Source: Pirellulales bacterium
GTDB lineage: Bacteria; Planctomycetota; Planctomycetia; Pirellulales; PALSA-1355
Length of the DNA stretch: 64,000 nucleotides
Direction of reading: 5' to 3'
Assembly (NCBI GenBank): GCA_963733035.1
Contig: CAVTBU010000006.1
Coordinates: 672,001 to 736,000, forward strand
The notes beneath the pieces are model-generated. The model was not told the origin of the DNA. It searched no databases and saw only the letters and a list, made by a program, of their open reading frames with translations. Numbering within the stretch: the stretch's first letter is position 1; every line of letters starts with the position of its first letter. Of the stretch, positions 22,617-33,590 are shown one piece after another. The translations under genes were made by a program, and so were the position numbers.

Positions 22617-23973
22617 GTACTGGCCTCGTTGGGCAAGTGCGGACTGAGGGATGAAGAGTCGAGCACATAAAACAGGGTGATCGACCGCGCGACTGCTGCC
22701 GTGGCTGAGCCCGACAGAGTCGCCAACGCGGCGCCCCAGCGCGAAGGAGTGGGACCAGCAATACGGCCGACGATATGGTTACCGACACGCTGCACAAGTC
22801 GGCCAGGAAATTGGCTCGTGGCCGATCAACCGACCACAGACCGATTCCGGCCACCATTTCGAGCGACGTCGTCATGCTGGCAGCTGCCAGCGTGGCGAGA
22901 ATCGGCCCTGTTTGCTCGTAGCCTTCGCCGTAGACGAATACGGCCAACCAGGGGCCCGTTAGAAATACAAACAGGCAAAACGGCGCCAGTGATGTCAGCA
23001 AGAAGGCGCCCGCTCGCAGCAACACGCCTTTGAGTTCCGAACTACCCCCTTCAAAGAATGCCGAGGCCGCGCGCGGCGTGAGCCAACGGTCGACACCGGT
23101 GAGCAGCAGTGTGGTCAGTCCGATCAGTGTGGTACACGCACCCAGGAGGCCAGCTCCGACGGTGCCTGTTGCCGCCCCCACAATCCAGACCATTGCATAG
23201 GGGACGATATTGTGCACGAGATAGCTGCGCAGAGCCCAACGGCCGAACGACCAATTGCTCTTCCAGTCCTTCATCATGCGGGGCCGTTCGAAGCGTACTT
23301 GCGGAGGTCGCAGTGCGTACCAGCCCAGGGATGCCAATCCGCAAGCCATACCCATGACCACGTAGATATTGAAGATTGTCAGGCGGCCGAAGTAAGCCAC
23401 CACTAACAGGCCGGCGAGTTGAGCGATCGCCACTACCAAGTCGATTACCAATGCGGTGGTAAAATCGAGATCCGCAAAGGCGAAACGGCGAATCCACTCC
23501 CGCAGCAACAGCAGTGGGCCGGCACCCAATAGCGCCCACAATGCTGGTAGCAGTGTAGCGGGAGCTGTGAACGTCAGGCCGGCGATCGCCAGCAGCAAGA
23601 TCGCGATGGCCAACACGGTTAGTGTTGCGTGGTGTACCCAGGCACTGCCTGCGTAGGCCGCCCGCTCAGGGTCGCGAAAACGCCGCGAGTAGATCGTGTA
23701 CGGAGCTGCGATCAGGCGTTCGTGAACCCCGATGGCCACCAGCACGAGCGACAAACTGAGATAATACAGACCGACTTCGTCCTGCGAACAGGCACGGTTG
23801 ATAATGACCGCGGTAGCAAAGCTCGTAGCACTGACAACCGCTTGATCGACCAGCGAGACCAGGCCGGTCCCCACAGAGTGAAACCGCTTCCACAGTTGAG
23901 CGGCGCGCACGCGGCGGCTTATCGCCTGCGGCTGCTGGCTTACGGCATTTTGTGTGATTGGATTCGTGTTCAT
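22607..23973 (-). CDS. wzx: Wzx-like polysaccharide flippase 1; frameshift near 22740
   Basis: Many TM helices, DQAVVSATSF. The hydrophobic C-terminus (GAALATLSG...) continues in the frame of ORF 22607-22795. Confidence 0.8.
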
Positions 23974-24141
23974 GAGTGATTTGTAACGATGCCGAAGCCC
24001 GGGCCGTTGAGACGCCGAATAATACCTTGCATGCAGGCCGCCGTGTTTGGGGGTGCTCCTCTCGTCGGACTCGTATAACAAGAGAAACTCCCCGAACAGC
24101 GGCCAAAGACCAACGTCGCTCTCCGCTGCGTCTCAGCGCGA

Positions 24142-24948
24142 CTAACCGTAGGATAGCTCCTGCATGGGTTGAACTGCATCATGTGGATCAAATGAGCGAA
24201 GGCCGGCCTTCTGCAATGCGAGATAGGTCAGATACAAGGGATTAAGCAGCACATAGCGGCGCCACAACCGGCGCGGTTCGTGGGCCAGGCGAAACAGCCA
24301 TTCAAGGCCATTGCGTTGCATGAAGTCCGGCGCGCGAGCAAGTTCGCCGGCATGAAAATTGAACGCCGCTCCGACGGCCAGGATTGGCATCGAAAGAGCT
24401 TCACGCAGTTCGAAAGCGAACACTTCCTGCCGGGGGCAGCCGAGACCGACCATTGCGATCCGCGCGCCGCTCGAGCGAATTTCTGCGACGAGCTCTGCAC
24501 GTTCGACCGGTTGCAGTTGTCGGAATTTCGACGCCCGACAGCCAGCGATCTTTAATTCTGGCGCGAGTTCAAGCAGTTGCGAGGCCAGCGTATCGAGCAA
24601 TTCCTGCGTGCCGCCGAAGAGAAAAATCGGTACGCCGTCCGCGGCGGCATGCTGGCAAGTTTTTAGCATCAGCGAAGGGCCATCCACCCGACGACGCAGA
24701 TTGAGTCCGTGTAGCCAATTCAGGCCCCAGCGAACCGGCTGGCCATCGGGCACGAGCATGTCGAAGCGATTCAGTCGGTAGCGATGCACCGGATCCAGCA
24801 CGCCGGTCATCAGTCCGTGTACGGCCAACGCGGAGACGGCCAGCGGACGACCCGCGCGTGCAGCGGAGAGGATGCGGTCGATGGCGGCCTCGAAGTCGAC
24901 CGCGTCGATGCGAATGCCTAGTACGTTGTGCCTGCCATGGTCGATCAT
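24142..24948 (-). CDS. WecB/TagA/CpsF-family glycosyltransferase (GT26)
   Basis: [50 protein letters not shown]. Confidence 0.95.
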   Translation of the reverse strand: MIDHGRHNVLGIRIDAVDFEAAIDRILSAARAGRPLAVSALAVHGLMTGVLDPVHRYRLNRFDMLVPDGQPVRWGLNWLHGLNLRRRVDGPSLMLKTCQHAAADGVPIFLFGGTQELLDTLASQLLELAPELKIAGCRASKFRQLQPVERAELVAEIRSSGARIAMVGLGCPRQEVFAFELREALSMPILAVGAAFNFHAGELARAPDFMQRNGLEWLFRLAHEPRRLWRRYVLLNPLYLTYLALQKAGLRSFDPHDAVQPMQELSYG

Positions 24949-26024
24949 TGGGCCACTGCCTCCTGCCAGCGTTCAGCGTTGACTTCGTGAATCTCGACGA
25001 GAATGTCGCGGACGCTGTATTGCAACTGCCAATTCGGATAGTGACCGGCGAACTTGCTGACATCGCTAACCCACCATATGTGGTCGCCGGAGCGATTTTG
25101 CTCGGCGTATGACCAATTTAGCTCGCGGCCGGTGATTTCCTGGCAAAGCTCGATCGCCTCAAGCATCGAACAGTTGCTGTGCCGCGCGCCACCGATGTTG
25201 TAGACAGCGCCCGAACGGGGTGCCTTGGCGAATTCGGCGAACGCGCGAATCAGATCGGCACTGTGAATGTTGTCGCGGACCTGTTTTCCCTTGTAGCCGA
25301 ACACGGTGTAAGGGGTTCCCGTCGCGGCACACTTCATCAGATATGCCAGGAAGCCGTGTAGTTGCGTGCCCGAGTGGCTGGGACCGGTCAGGCAGCCGCC
25401 GCGGAAGCAGGCGGTGTTCATGTCGAAGTAACGACCGTACTCTTGCACCATCACGTCGGCCGCGACCTTTGACGCCCCAAACACGCTGTGTAGCGTGTGA
25501 TCGATCGACATGTCTTCGCGTATGCCAAGCGCGTAGATGTGATCGGGCTCGATCTCGAAGCGCGTTTCCTGCTCGACCAAGGGCAGCCGGTTTGGCGTGT
25601 CGCCGTACACCTTGTTCGTTGACGTGAAGATGAACGTGGCCTCGGGGGCGAACTGCCGCGTCGCCTCTAACATGTTCAGCGTGCCTTGAGCGTTCACGCC
25701 AAAGTCGGTCTTTGGCTCGCGGGCGGCCCAGTCGTGCGACGGCTGCGCCGCAGTATGAACGATTAGCGAAATCTCGCGCCCATAGAGCTTGAAAAGACGG
25801 TCGATCGCCTCCCCGTCTCGAATATCGACCTCGACGTGCTGATAGTCGTTGCCCAGTTCATTGCGTAGGCGGTCGGCTTGCCGAGCGGTCGACGCCTCAG
25901 CGCCAAAGAACCGTTTGCGCATATCGTTGTCGATGCCGACGACATGCATGCCGCGGCCCGCGAAATACCGTGCGGCTTCCGAGCCGATCAATCCAGCGGA
26001 TCCTGATACAATTGCCACACTCAT
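24945..26024 (-). CDS. NAD-dependent epimerase/dehydratase (CDP-paratose 2-epimerase-like extended SDR)
   Basis: [39 protein letters not shown]. Confidence 0.9.
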   Translation of the reverse strand: MSVAIVSGSAGLIGSEAARYFAGRGMHVVGIDNDMRKRFFGAEASTARQADRLRNELGNDYQHVEVDIRDGEAIDRLFKLYGREISLIVHTAAQPSHDWAAREPKTDFGVNAQGTLNMLEATRQFAPEATFIFTSTNKVYGDTPNRLPLVEQETRFEIEPDHIYALGIREDMSIDHTLHSVFGASKVAADVMVQEYGRYFDMNTACFRGGCLTGPSHSGTQLHGFLAYLMKCAATGTPYTVFGYKGKQVRDNIHSADLIRAFAEFAKAPRSGAVYNIGGARHSNCSMLEAIELCQEITGRELNWSYAEQNRSGDHIWWVSDVSKFAGHYPNWQLQYSVRDILVEIHEVNAERWQEAVAQ

Positions 26025-26106
26025 GTTACGGTTCAACAAGGGGTGAAAGGATACTGATCTTCAAGGTCGCAAATTGGATGCATCTGGTTCGTGTAAGTGG
26101 GCGGTC

Positions 26107-27360
26107 CTATGGCTGCAATTGGACCTTCGGATTCGAGACGCGCGGCTCGGGCACGTCCGACTGGAGGCAGGCTTCCGCGGCGGCACGATTGCCTCGTGCT
26201 CGCAGCGCATCTGCATAAACAGCCATCAATTGCCTGTAGTTGTGCGCGGCGGTGTATCGGTCCTCGTACTCTTTGCGAGCCGCGCGCCGGCTGGCCAGCA
26301 ACAAGCGAGGATCGGAGGAAAGCCCCTCAACCTGTGCGGCCAGATCAAGTGCGTCGCCTGGTTTGAACAGCCGGCCCGTGCGACCATGATCCACTCCGCC
26401 GGCCATGCACCCCAACCGCGATGCAACAACCGGCGTGCCGGCCGCCAGCGCTTCTAAAATCGTGCGTGGCAACGCTCCCTCGTACCATTCGGAGGGAGCG
26501 ACTAGTAGGGCGGCGTCCTGAAGCAACTTGTGCACTTCCGAACGACTGCGCCGGCCTAGCCACTCGATGGCAGGAGATTGATCCGCGGCCTCACGCACGC
26601 TGCCTGCCAGCGGACCATCGCCGACAATCTTGAGCGACAATCCGCCTGGCGCCTGGCGCCAGGCTTCGAGCAGCGTCGGCACACCCTTCTCAGCTACCAA
26701 GCGTCCAATGAAAAGCGCGTAACCGCCTCTTCCTTGGCCGGGGCCGGGGTCGGGCGTGATGAAATTCGACTTGACCACGATCTTATCGGCCGGCAATCCG
26801 CCGGCGATGAACTTGTCAGCGGCGAACTGCGTCAGTGCAATGTACCGGTCTACAAGATGTTTCCAGGTGCCGATCGCGCGGTGCGTTGCCAGCATGCCCG
26901 CGGTAACGGCGGTCGTCGCACGACTTTCACGGTAGCAACCGTGAAGCACGGCCGGCCATGCAAAGAGCTTTCCGAGGCAATCTTCACAGACTTTTCCCGC
27001 GCGGAAGAAAAGCGCATTCGGACACAGCAATCGATAGTTGTGCAAGGTTTGCACCACCGCCATTCCCTCCGCCCGTGCAACGTAGTAGGCGGCGGGTGAA
27101 ACGAGCGGAAACGTATTGGCGCAGTGCATCAACAGCGGCTTTTCGCGGCGGATAAGGGTTTGCAATTCGGCGCGAGTTCGACCGTTCCAAATGGTATTAG
27201 CCGCCATTTTCAGGCGGCCGGTGTCGCGCAGCGAGTCATTGTGCACGCTGTAGGTGACGACTTCGTGGCCGTGGTCTCGCAGCAACTCGACCTCGTCGGC
27301 AAAAACTTCGTCTTCGCCCCCGGCTTGCTGGTAGTAGTTGTGGACGAGCAGAAACTTCAT
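26107..27360 (-). CDS. Glycosyltransferase family 4 (GT-B)
   Basis: HNYYQQAGGED, TLHNYRLLCP, GRLVAEKG, PSEWYEG...EALAAGTPVVAS. Confidence 0.93.
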   Translation of the reverse strand: MKFLLVHNYYQQAGGEDEVFADEVELLRDHGHEVVTYSVHNDSLRDTGRLKMAANTIWNGRTRAELQTLIRREKPLLMHCANTFPLVSPAAYYVARAEGMAVVQTLHNYRLLCPNALFFRAGKVCEDCLGKLFAWPAVLHGCYRESRATTAVTAGMLATHRAIGTWKHLVDRYIALTQFAADKFIAGGLPADKIVVKSNFITPDPGPGQGRGGYALFIGRLVAEKGVPTLLEAWRQAPGGLSLKIVGDGPLAGSVREAADQSPAIEWLGRRSRSEVHKLLQDAALLVAPSEWYEGALPRTILEALAAGTPVVASRLGCMAGGVDHGRTGRLFKPGDALDLAAQVEGLSSDPRLLLASRRAARKEYEDRYTAAHNYRQLMAVYADALRARGNRAAAEACLQSDVPEPRVSNPKVQLQP

Positions 27361-27475
27361 GACGTGCCTCCTCGCCACGCGGTATCAGCGCAAGGGCCCA
27401 TTTCATAGCCATGTTCCGTCGCCAGGCAAGTGCTTCTGCGCGTCGTTCGGCTGTTGCAGAGGTGCATAGCGTGTT

Positions 27476-28549
27476 TCATGAGTTGGCCCACACTGGCTTT
27501 TCCGTGGAAATCGAGGGCTTCTTCTCGCTGTCCGGCGCCGCATCTGACAAGTTCATCAAAGGTGCGACGTCGCTGAGCATCGCGCGCTCCGAGCGAAAGT
27601 CGAGGTAGTTGGAGAAACTGTGCTGTCTGAACAGACGCGGCGCCAACAACTGCAGTCCGGAGCGAACATATCCAATCGCACGCCACATGCGGCACTGCCA
27701 TCCGAGAGCGGTTGCTTGATCGCCGCGAAGTCGCGCCGGTAGCCACTGCATGATTCCGACAAATGCAATCTGCGTGGCACGTGCCGCCAGCCGCGCCGAT
27801 ATTCCCAGTAGGCTGTGCGATTTCCGATCACGCAATGCGCGGGCCGCGCCTGTGCGGCAGCAGGTCCAGCGTAAGTAGTTCGGCTGAAGTCGATACGCTG
27901 GAATGACATGCCGCACGATCGCACGCGGCGTGTACCAAGCCGGTATCTCGGCTTGAAAGATACGCAGAAACAGGTCGCTGTCCTCCGCTCCCATGTTGAG
28001 CGTTTCGTCGAAACGTCCGATCTGTCGAAACACGTCGCCATGGATCAGCAGATTGCCGGTACCAGGCATACAGCGCAGGTGATATGGCATGGGCTCATCT
28101 AATCCGACTGATTCGCCCAGCTGCGCCCGACAATGGCGCGAAACCTGCGGGGCGTTTTCGGGCAAACGCAGCCTGACGGCGCCCCCCACGCAGCGCAGAT
28201 TCTTTTCGCGTGCGATCGCCACCAGTTCCGTTAGCCAATTGGGATCCGCGATCTGGTCGTCATCAAAAAATGCAATCCACTCGCCACGCGCAGTGGCGAT
28301 CGCGCGGTTGCGGGCCGCGGCGACGCCCGGTTGCCGTTCGTACACTGCGCGAAGTGGCACGGGTGACGTGGCAATCGATCGGGCAATAACTTGCGGCGTT
28401 GCGTCGGTCGATGCATTATCGACCACCAGGATCTCGTGCTGGAAATCGCTACTCGATTCGAGAGCCATCAGACTTTGCAGGGCATCCGTCAGCATTTCCG
28501 CACGGTTGTAGGTGCAAACGGCGATGGTCACGCGCATGTTAGTGCTCAT
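27476..28549 (-). CDS. Glycosyltransferase family 2
   Basis: TIAVCTYNR, VVDNASTD, AARN, FFDDDQ, GAEDSDL. Confidence 0.93.
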   Translation of the reverse strand: MSTNMRVTIAVCTYNRAEMLTDALQSLMALESSSDFQHEILVVDNASTDATPQVIARSIATSPVPLRAVYERQPGVAAARNRAIATARGEWIAFFDDDQIADPNWLTELVAIAREKNLRCVGGAVRLRLPENAPQVSRHCRAQLGESVGLDEPMPYHLRCMPGTGNLLIHGDVFRQIGRFDETLNMGAEDSDLFLRIFQAEIPAWYTPRAIVRHVIPAYRLQPNYLRWTCCRTGAARALRDRKSHSLLGISARLAARATQIAFVGIMQWLPARLRGDQATALGWQCRMWRAIGYVRSGLQLLAPRLFRQHSFSNYLDFRSERAMLSDVAPLMNLSDAAPDSEKKPSISTEKPVWANS

Positions 28550-28555
28550 GGGATG

Positions 28556-29938
28556 TTAGTACGCGCGACCTGCGGTGCGCAAATTGCCGACCCATGTTCC
28601 GACAGGATCGAGTTTGACCGCGTTTGGCTCCGTCACAATGCGGCCTGCGATCTGCAGCACCCCGCAGCTGCCCAACAGGCAAATGACCGACGCTTGCACA
28701 AGCTCGGATTCTGTAAACGATCCGATCGCTAGAAAAACCACTAGCGCGAGTAGGAATCCGGTGGCCGGAGTTCCGATCTGACGGAACAGATTCGCGGCGC
28801 TGCCAATGACCATCAGCAGCAACAGGACCAGCAGCAGCACGCCGCACAGTCCCAGGTCCAACATTGCTTCGAAGTACGCGGAATGGGCGCTGGGTACCGT
28901 CCAATAGAGAACGCCCGAGATAAAATCGGTTCGCTCGACGTTCCAAAACGCTCCATAGCCATACCCCAAAATCGGGCGCTCGCCGATGAAGTAGGTCAAT
29001 TCGTTCCAAAGTGGGACGCGGCCGGTTAACCCCTCGGACGCATCCTCCCGACCCATGCTCGCCAAACCTTCGAACAGTTCGTCACTGTCGGCACTCGCGA
29101 ACTGACCCACCACCAGCACGGCACAAAACAAGGCTCCTGCTGCCATTGCGGCCATAATTCGCTTACGATCCGGTTTCAAGACGCACAACACCGAAAGCGC
29201 GGCGATCAGCGAGACGGTGGCAGTCCGTGATTTGGAAACAATCAACACGCAGATGGCCAGCGCCGCGAGCGTGAGCCACAGAGTTCGATAACGCGGCGTG
29301 AGCGAGAGTTCAGCCAGCGCGCCTAGCAAAAGCAAAGCGCCATAGACGCCCTGGGTATTCGGATGGACCAATCCCGAAAACCGATAGCCCGACTCCCAGG
29401 GGCGAAACTTGCCCACCGCCAACTCGGACGCGAGTCCCACGCCGATCCATAAGCAGGTCAACCCCACGACAAAATGGACCAGTTCCCGTGGCGTCAGTTG
29501 TCGTGTCAAACCGACGCCCGCGGCGCAAATGCACAGCAGGGCGATATAGCGACGCATTGTTAAATCCGGCTCGGAAGACCAGAAAATGCTTAGCGCGCCC
29601 CAGCCCATCAGGGCGATGGCGGTCAGCAAAATTGGGGCATTCCAGTCGCGATGCCAGCCACTTCGGCAGAACGTGAGATACACGCCGAAGATCCCCAGAG
29701 ACAGAACTGCAACCTTTGTCGTCCAGCTACCGGTCGCGAGCATGTCCACCTGTTCGTCAACGGCATAAATGCCGCCATCCCACGCGTCGATCTTCAATAG
29801 GTTCGGGTCGCTATACGCCAACATCAAGCCGATTCCGACGACCGCGATCGCCAGCCACAAGCGGCCGGTCGAACGGGATTCGTCCACCGGTGGCGCCGGT
29901 TGCCAGCGAGGAGTTAGTTGAATGGTGTGTAAGCTCAT
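28556..29938 (-). CDS. wzy: O-antigen ligase/Wzy polymerase family protein (ExoQ-like)
   Basis: About 12 TM helices, HPNTQG, SKSRTA, LTGRVPLW, PILGYGYGAFW, AHSAY. Confidence 0.85.
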   Translation of the reverse strand: MSLHTIQLTPRWQPAPPVDESRSTGRLWLAIAVVGIGLMLAYSDPNLLKIDAWDGGIYAVDEQVDMLATGSWTTKVAVLSLGIFGVYLTFCRSGWHRDWNAPILLTAIALMGWGALSIFWSSEPDLTMRRYIALLCICAAGVGLTRQLTPRELVHFVVGLTCLWIGVGLASELAVGKFRPWESGYRFSGLVHPNTQGVYGALLLLGALAELSLTPRYRTLWLTLAALAICVLIVSKSRTATVSLIAALSVLCVLKPDRKRIMAAMAAGALFCAVLVVGQFASADSDELFEGLASMGREDASEGLTGRVPLWNELTYFIGERPILGYGYGAFWNVERTDFISGVLYWTVPSAHSAYFEAMLDLGLCGVLLLVLLLLMVIGSAANLFRQIGTPATGFLLALVVFLAIGSFTESELVQASVICLLGSCGVLQIAGRIVTEPNAVKLDPVGTWVGNLRTAGRAY

Positions 29939-29983
29939 GGATCGTCAGCCGTTTGTCGGCTGGAAGGCAGTTTCTGGTTCGAG

Positions 29984-31399
29984 TCAGGTCGTCGGTTTCA
30001 AATTCACGCTGTGGTCGGGAACTAACGGCGTGTTGCGGATGGTCGGGAAGGCCGACGACAGTGATGCGATTGCACGCAATGCTCGGGCCAGCGTCAGCCA
30101 TCTCACCGTCGCATCGATGAAGGCACCGATCAGCAGGGCAGTGGCGGCACCCTGAGCCCCAAACGGATAAACCAGGAAAGTTACGGCAAGAGCAGTCGTG
30201 AGCACGCTGCAAATATCGGCCAGGAAGTTCAAACGCGGTTGTGCAATGGCCCAAAGACCGTTGGCGGCCACAACTCCAAGGCTGCCGCTCAAGCGAGCGA
30301 AGGCCAATAGGATGACCATCGTTCCGCAATCAAGGTACTGATCGCCATACACAAAGACCGGCAACCAATCACCAGCTAGCGTGACCAAGAGACATAAGCT
30401 GCCCAGAGCGCCGGCCATCAACGTCGCGGCACCCGTAAGCACCCGCACCAGCTCTTTGCGCCCGCCATCTGCGAAGGCCTTGGCCGCCTGGACGGTCAGC
30501 ACGTTGCTCACGCCGGTGACGAAGACGTTGGAGAGCCCGACCAGGGTGACGCAGGCCCCGAGCGTACCGGCGACAGCCACGCCGGATACGATTCCCACGA
30601 TCCACAACAGGGCATAGTCGGTCAGATTGGTAAGCAGAAAGGTGGGGACGGCCCACCGTGAAAATGCCCAATTGTGGCACCAGTCGGTAAGGAACCGTTG
30701 GCGGATAAATCGAAGCGGCGGATGATCGACGACGTACCACGCAGCAGCGGCCAGCGCGCAGGCAGTGGCCATGGCAGCATAAATGGTCCACAGCGACAAC
30801 AGCCCCAAATAACCCAGGACAGCAAGGCTGGACAGTTGCACCACGGCTACCGTGATGTCAATCGCGACAGGCGTTGCCAGTTTCAGGTGGGCGTATGAGA
30901 AGCGGCGAATGGCCTCTCGCAACAGTAGCAGTGGCAAGGCGATGGCCAGCGCGGTCGCTCCAGAGAAGACCTCGTGCCAGCCAAACAGCCATGATATCGG
31001 CACCGCTAAATATAGCGACAGGGCCACGATTCCTGTGAACAGAAACTGGTGAACCCAAGTGCTGCCTGCGTATTCGCGCAGCTCCCGTCCGCGGCGGTGA
31101 TGAGCGAACACAGAGTACGGTGCGACGATCATTTGGTACTGCAAACCGAGCGCAAGAAAGACGATGCTCAGGGTGAGGTAGTATGCCCCCAGATCGTCGG
31201 GCGAGGTCGTGCGACCGATAATCACCGCGGTAGCGAAGCTTGTGGCACTGACGATCATCTGATCGACCACGGCGAACAGCTTATCGGAGGCCAGCGGGAA
31301 TCGCTTCGCGAACCTCCGGATTGGCCCGGTCCATGCCGCAGCTATTTCGCGACCGTGGGGGTCAGCGATGACTTCAGGATTCATCGATTGCTGGTCCAT
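29984..31399 (-). CDS. wzx: Wzx-like polysaccharide flippase 2
   Basis: Paralogue of 22607-23973 (DQMIVSATSFATAVII...LLLLREAIRRF); many TM helices. Confidence 0.82.
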   Translation of the reverse strand: MDQQSMNPEVIADPHGREIAAAWTGPIRRFAKRFPLASDKLFAVVDQMIVSATSFATAVIIGRTTSPDDLGAYYLTLSIVFLALGLQYQMIVAPYSVFAHHRRGRELREYAGSTWVHQFLFTGIVALSLYLAVPISWLFGWHEVFSGATALAIALPLLLLREAIRRFSYAHLKLATPVAIDITVAVVQLSSLAVLGYLGLLSLWTIYAAMATACALAAAAWYVVDHPPLRFIRQRFLTDWCHNWAFSRWAVPTFLLTNLTDYALLWIVGIVSGVAVAGTLGACVTLVGLSNVFVTGVSNVLTVQAAKAFADGGRKELVRVLTGAATLMAGALGSLCLLVTLAGDWLPVFVYGDQYLDCGTMVILLAFARLSGSLGVVAANGLWAIAQPRLNFLADICSVLTTALAVTFLVYPFGAQGAATALLIGAFIDATVRWLTLARALRAIASLSSAFPTIRNTPLVPDHSVNLKPTT

Positions 31400-32396
31400 A
31401 CGCCGCGATTCTCTCGCTTCTGTCCAGTTGATGAGTTCGTTGACGCCGGACGCGATTGGAGGATGCCTAAGGATGTCACAGATGCCAAGGATCGCTTGAC
31501 CGGCCGCGCGACACTCGCCACCGACTCATACCACCCCGTGAGCTTGGCGGCCAACGTCGCCGGTGTGTCTCTCTCGGTGACGTTGAATCGTCCCCAATGA
31601 AATGGATCGGTATTCGGTAGAACACATTCGTGACGCGTCGATAACGCGCACGAGACATTCGACTCTCGGGCGATCTGAATCAGTTTCGGCTCGACAAATC
31701 CGAACGGGAACGCGAACGGCGGCTTGTCCACGCCGAACTGCGAGCTGAGGATTTGGACCGACCTTGCCAGGTCCTTGCGAAACAACTCAGCTTTGTTTTC
31801 AAACAACTGATGGGTGTGAGTATGCGCCCTAGTCCTACCAGTCCGCTCGCCTGAAGTGCATGGCACTGCTCGATTGAAAGCAGCCGCCAACTGGAAACCG
31901 GTACTCGCGCCTTGCCAGCCAACGACCAGGTGTCACTGGGAAACGGTTCTTGGCTCCCCAGGAATCCGGTTGCCAGGAAGATGGTGGCCGGAATCCCGAA
32001 TTCTCGGAGGATTGGCAGTGCATTCAACAGATTGTTTTCGTAGCCGTCGTCGAACGTGACTGCGAACGCCCTGGGCGGAATCCTTTCCCCAGCCGTTTGG
32101 GCTGAAATGAGTCGTTCGAGCGGCCAAGGAACGAAGCCGCGTTTCAACAGTCCCGATAGTTGCTTGCGCAGACGTTGCGGTGTGACGTTGCATGTGGGCG
32201 TCGCCAAGCCAGGCTCATGATCTGTCACTCGATGGTACATCAGAATGCCAAATCCGGTTTGCTGGCGATCGCCGAAGGCGGCGCGTAGTCCACCGGCCAC
32301 CTGCGACATTGCCCAGGACGCACCTTCGAGCAGTCGGTCAGAGGCGAAACGTGCGGGGACAGCACGAGCGCAGTGGTTGTCGATCTTTTCGATCAC
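31381..32396 (-). CDS. Polysaccharide deacetylase (CE4/NodB); frameshift near 31828
   Basis: ILMYHRV, TFDDGY, PATIFL. Restoring one G gives GAHTHTH, followed by FAFPFG. Confidence 0.88.
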
Positions 32397-32425
32397 GGCC
32401 ACTCCAAAACTTGTTACGAGAACAC

Positions 32426-33555
32426 TCAGCAGGCGCCACGGCCAACGACCACGGCCGGCAATGTTTGGACGAGAAGCTTCAGGTCGCGAGCCGCCGAGCG
32501 CGTCCGGATATAGCGCAGATCCATGCGCATCCATTCGGCAAACGAAACTGAGGAACGGCCGTGCACCTGCCAGATGCAGGTAATCCCCGCAGTCACGTCC
32601 AAACGACGACGCTGCCACAATTCGCAACCGTCCGACTCGCGAGAGTCCATGGCGCGGGGACCAACCAGAGTCATGTCGCCCAATAACACGTTCACGAGTT
32701 GTGGCAGCTCGTCGATGCTGGTCGATCGCAGAAATCGTCCTAGACGAGTAACCCGCGGGTCCTTCGCGATTTTGAACGCCGGACCATCCTGCTCACTGAA
32801 GGGCGCAGAGCTGCCTTTTGCTGTTCGGCATCGACTGCCATCGTGCGAAACTTATAGATCGTGAATTGCCGGCCGCCGATCGTGTCGCGACGCTGGCGGA
32901 AGATAACGGGTCCGGAAGAAGTGCTCTTTATGGCCGCGGCCACGGCCAGCAACAGCGGCGACAGTGCGAACAGCGCCAGGCTCGAGATCACGAGGTCGAG
33001 CACTCGCTTCCAGCGCGGCAAAGGTTGCAGAAAGAAGGTATGCATCGGACGCACGCGTCGACCGATGCTGTGCGCGACCACGCCGCTACTGACCGTTGTA
33101 TGCAGTGGCAGGTCGGCCGCTGCCGGATGCACCACGAGTTCCTCGTCCTCATGGCGACCATTCGAATCGTCGGTCGGATACGTGAATACCTCGCAGTCCA
33201 GATCACGCGACTCCTCGGGCAGCCGTTCCAGCAGGTCGCTCGCGAGCTTCCAGGCGCCGTCGGCGGGAGTCTCCGGCAGGATGACGCCGACGCGATCGCT
33301 CGAAAGCAATCCAGCGTCGTCAGTTGCGCGAATCCGTGCGGCGAACACTTGAGTCAATGTGCTCAGCTCGTGCGGATCGAAGGAACTGGCAGAGGTGAAC
33401 GTCAGTAGCGCGAACTGGGAATTGCCACGGTCGCTGCGCATCCGTTCGCGGGCGAGAAGCGACTGCATGCGATCGATCGTATGCAGTGATGCAGCCGGAT
33501 CTGGTCGCGTCGTGGCGAATCGCCAGGCGTGGATGAATCTACGGAGAGGACTCAT
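32426..33555 (-). CDS. Priming sugar transferase (Bac_transf) with an N-terminal degenerate GGDEF-like domain; frameshift near 32802
   Basis: KRVLD...SPLL...GPVIFRQRR...YKFRTM, then in another frame [36 protein letters not shown]...GITCIWQV. Confidence 0.9.
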
Positions 33556-33590
33556 GAGACGATCATCTGCTGAGGAAGGGTCGTTCGACT

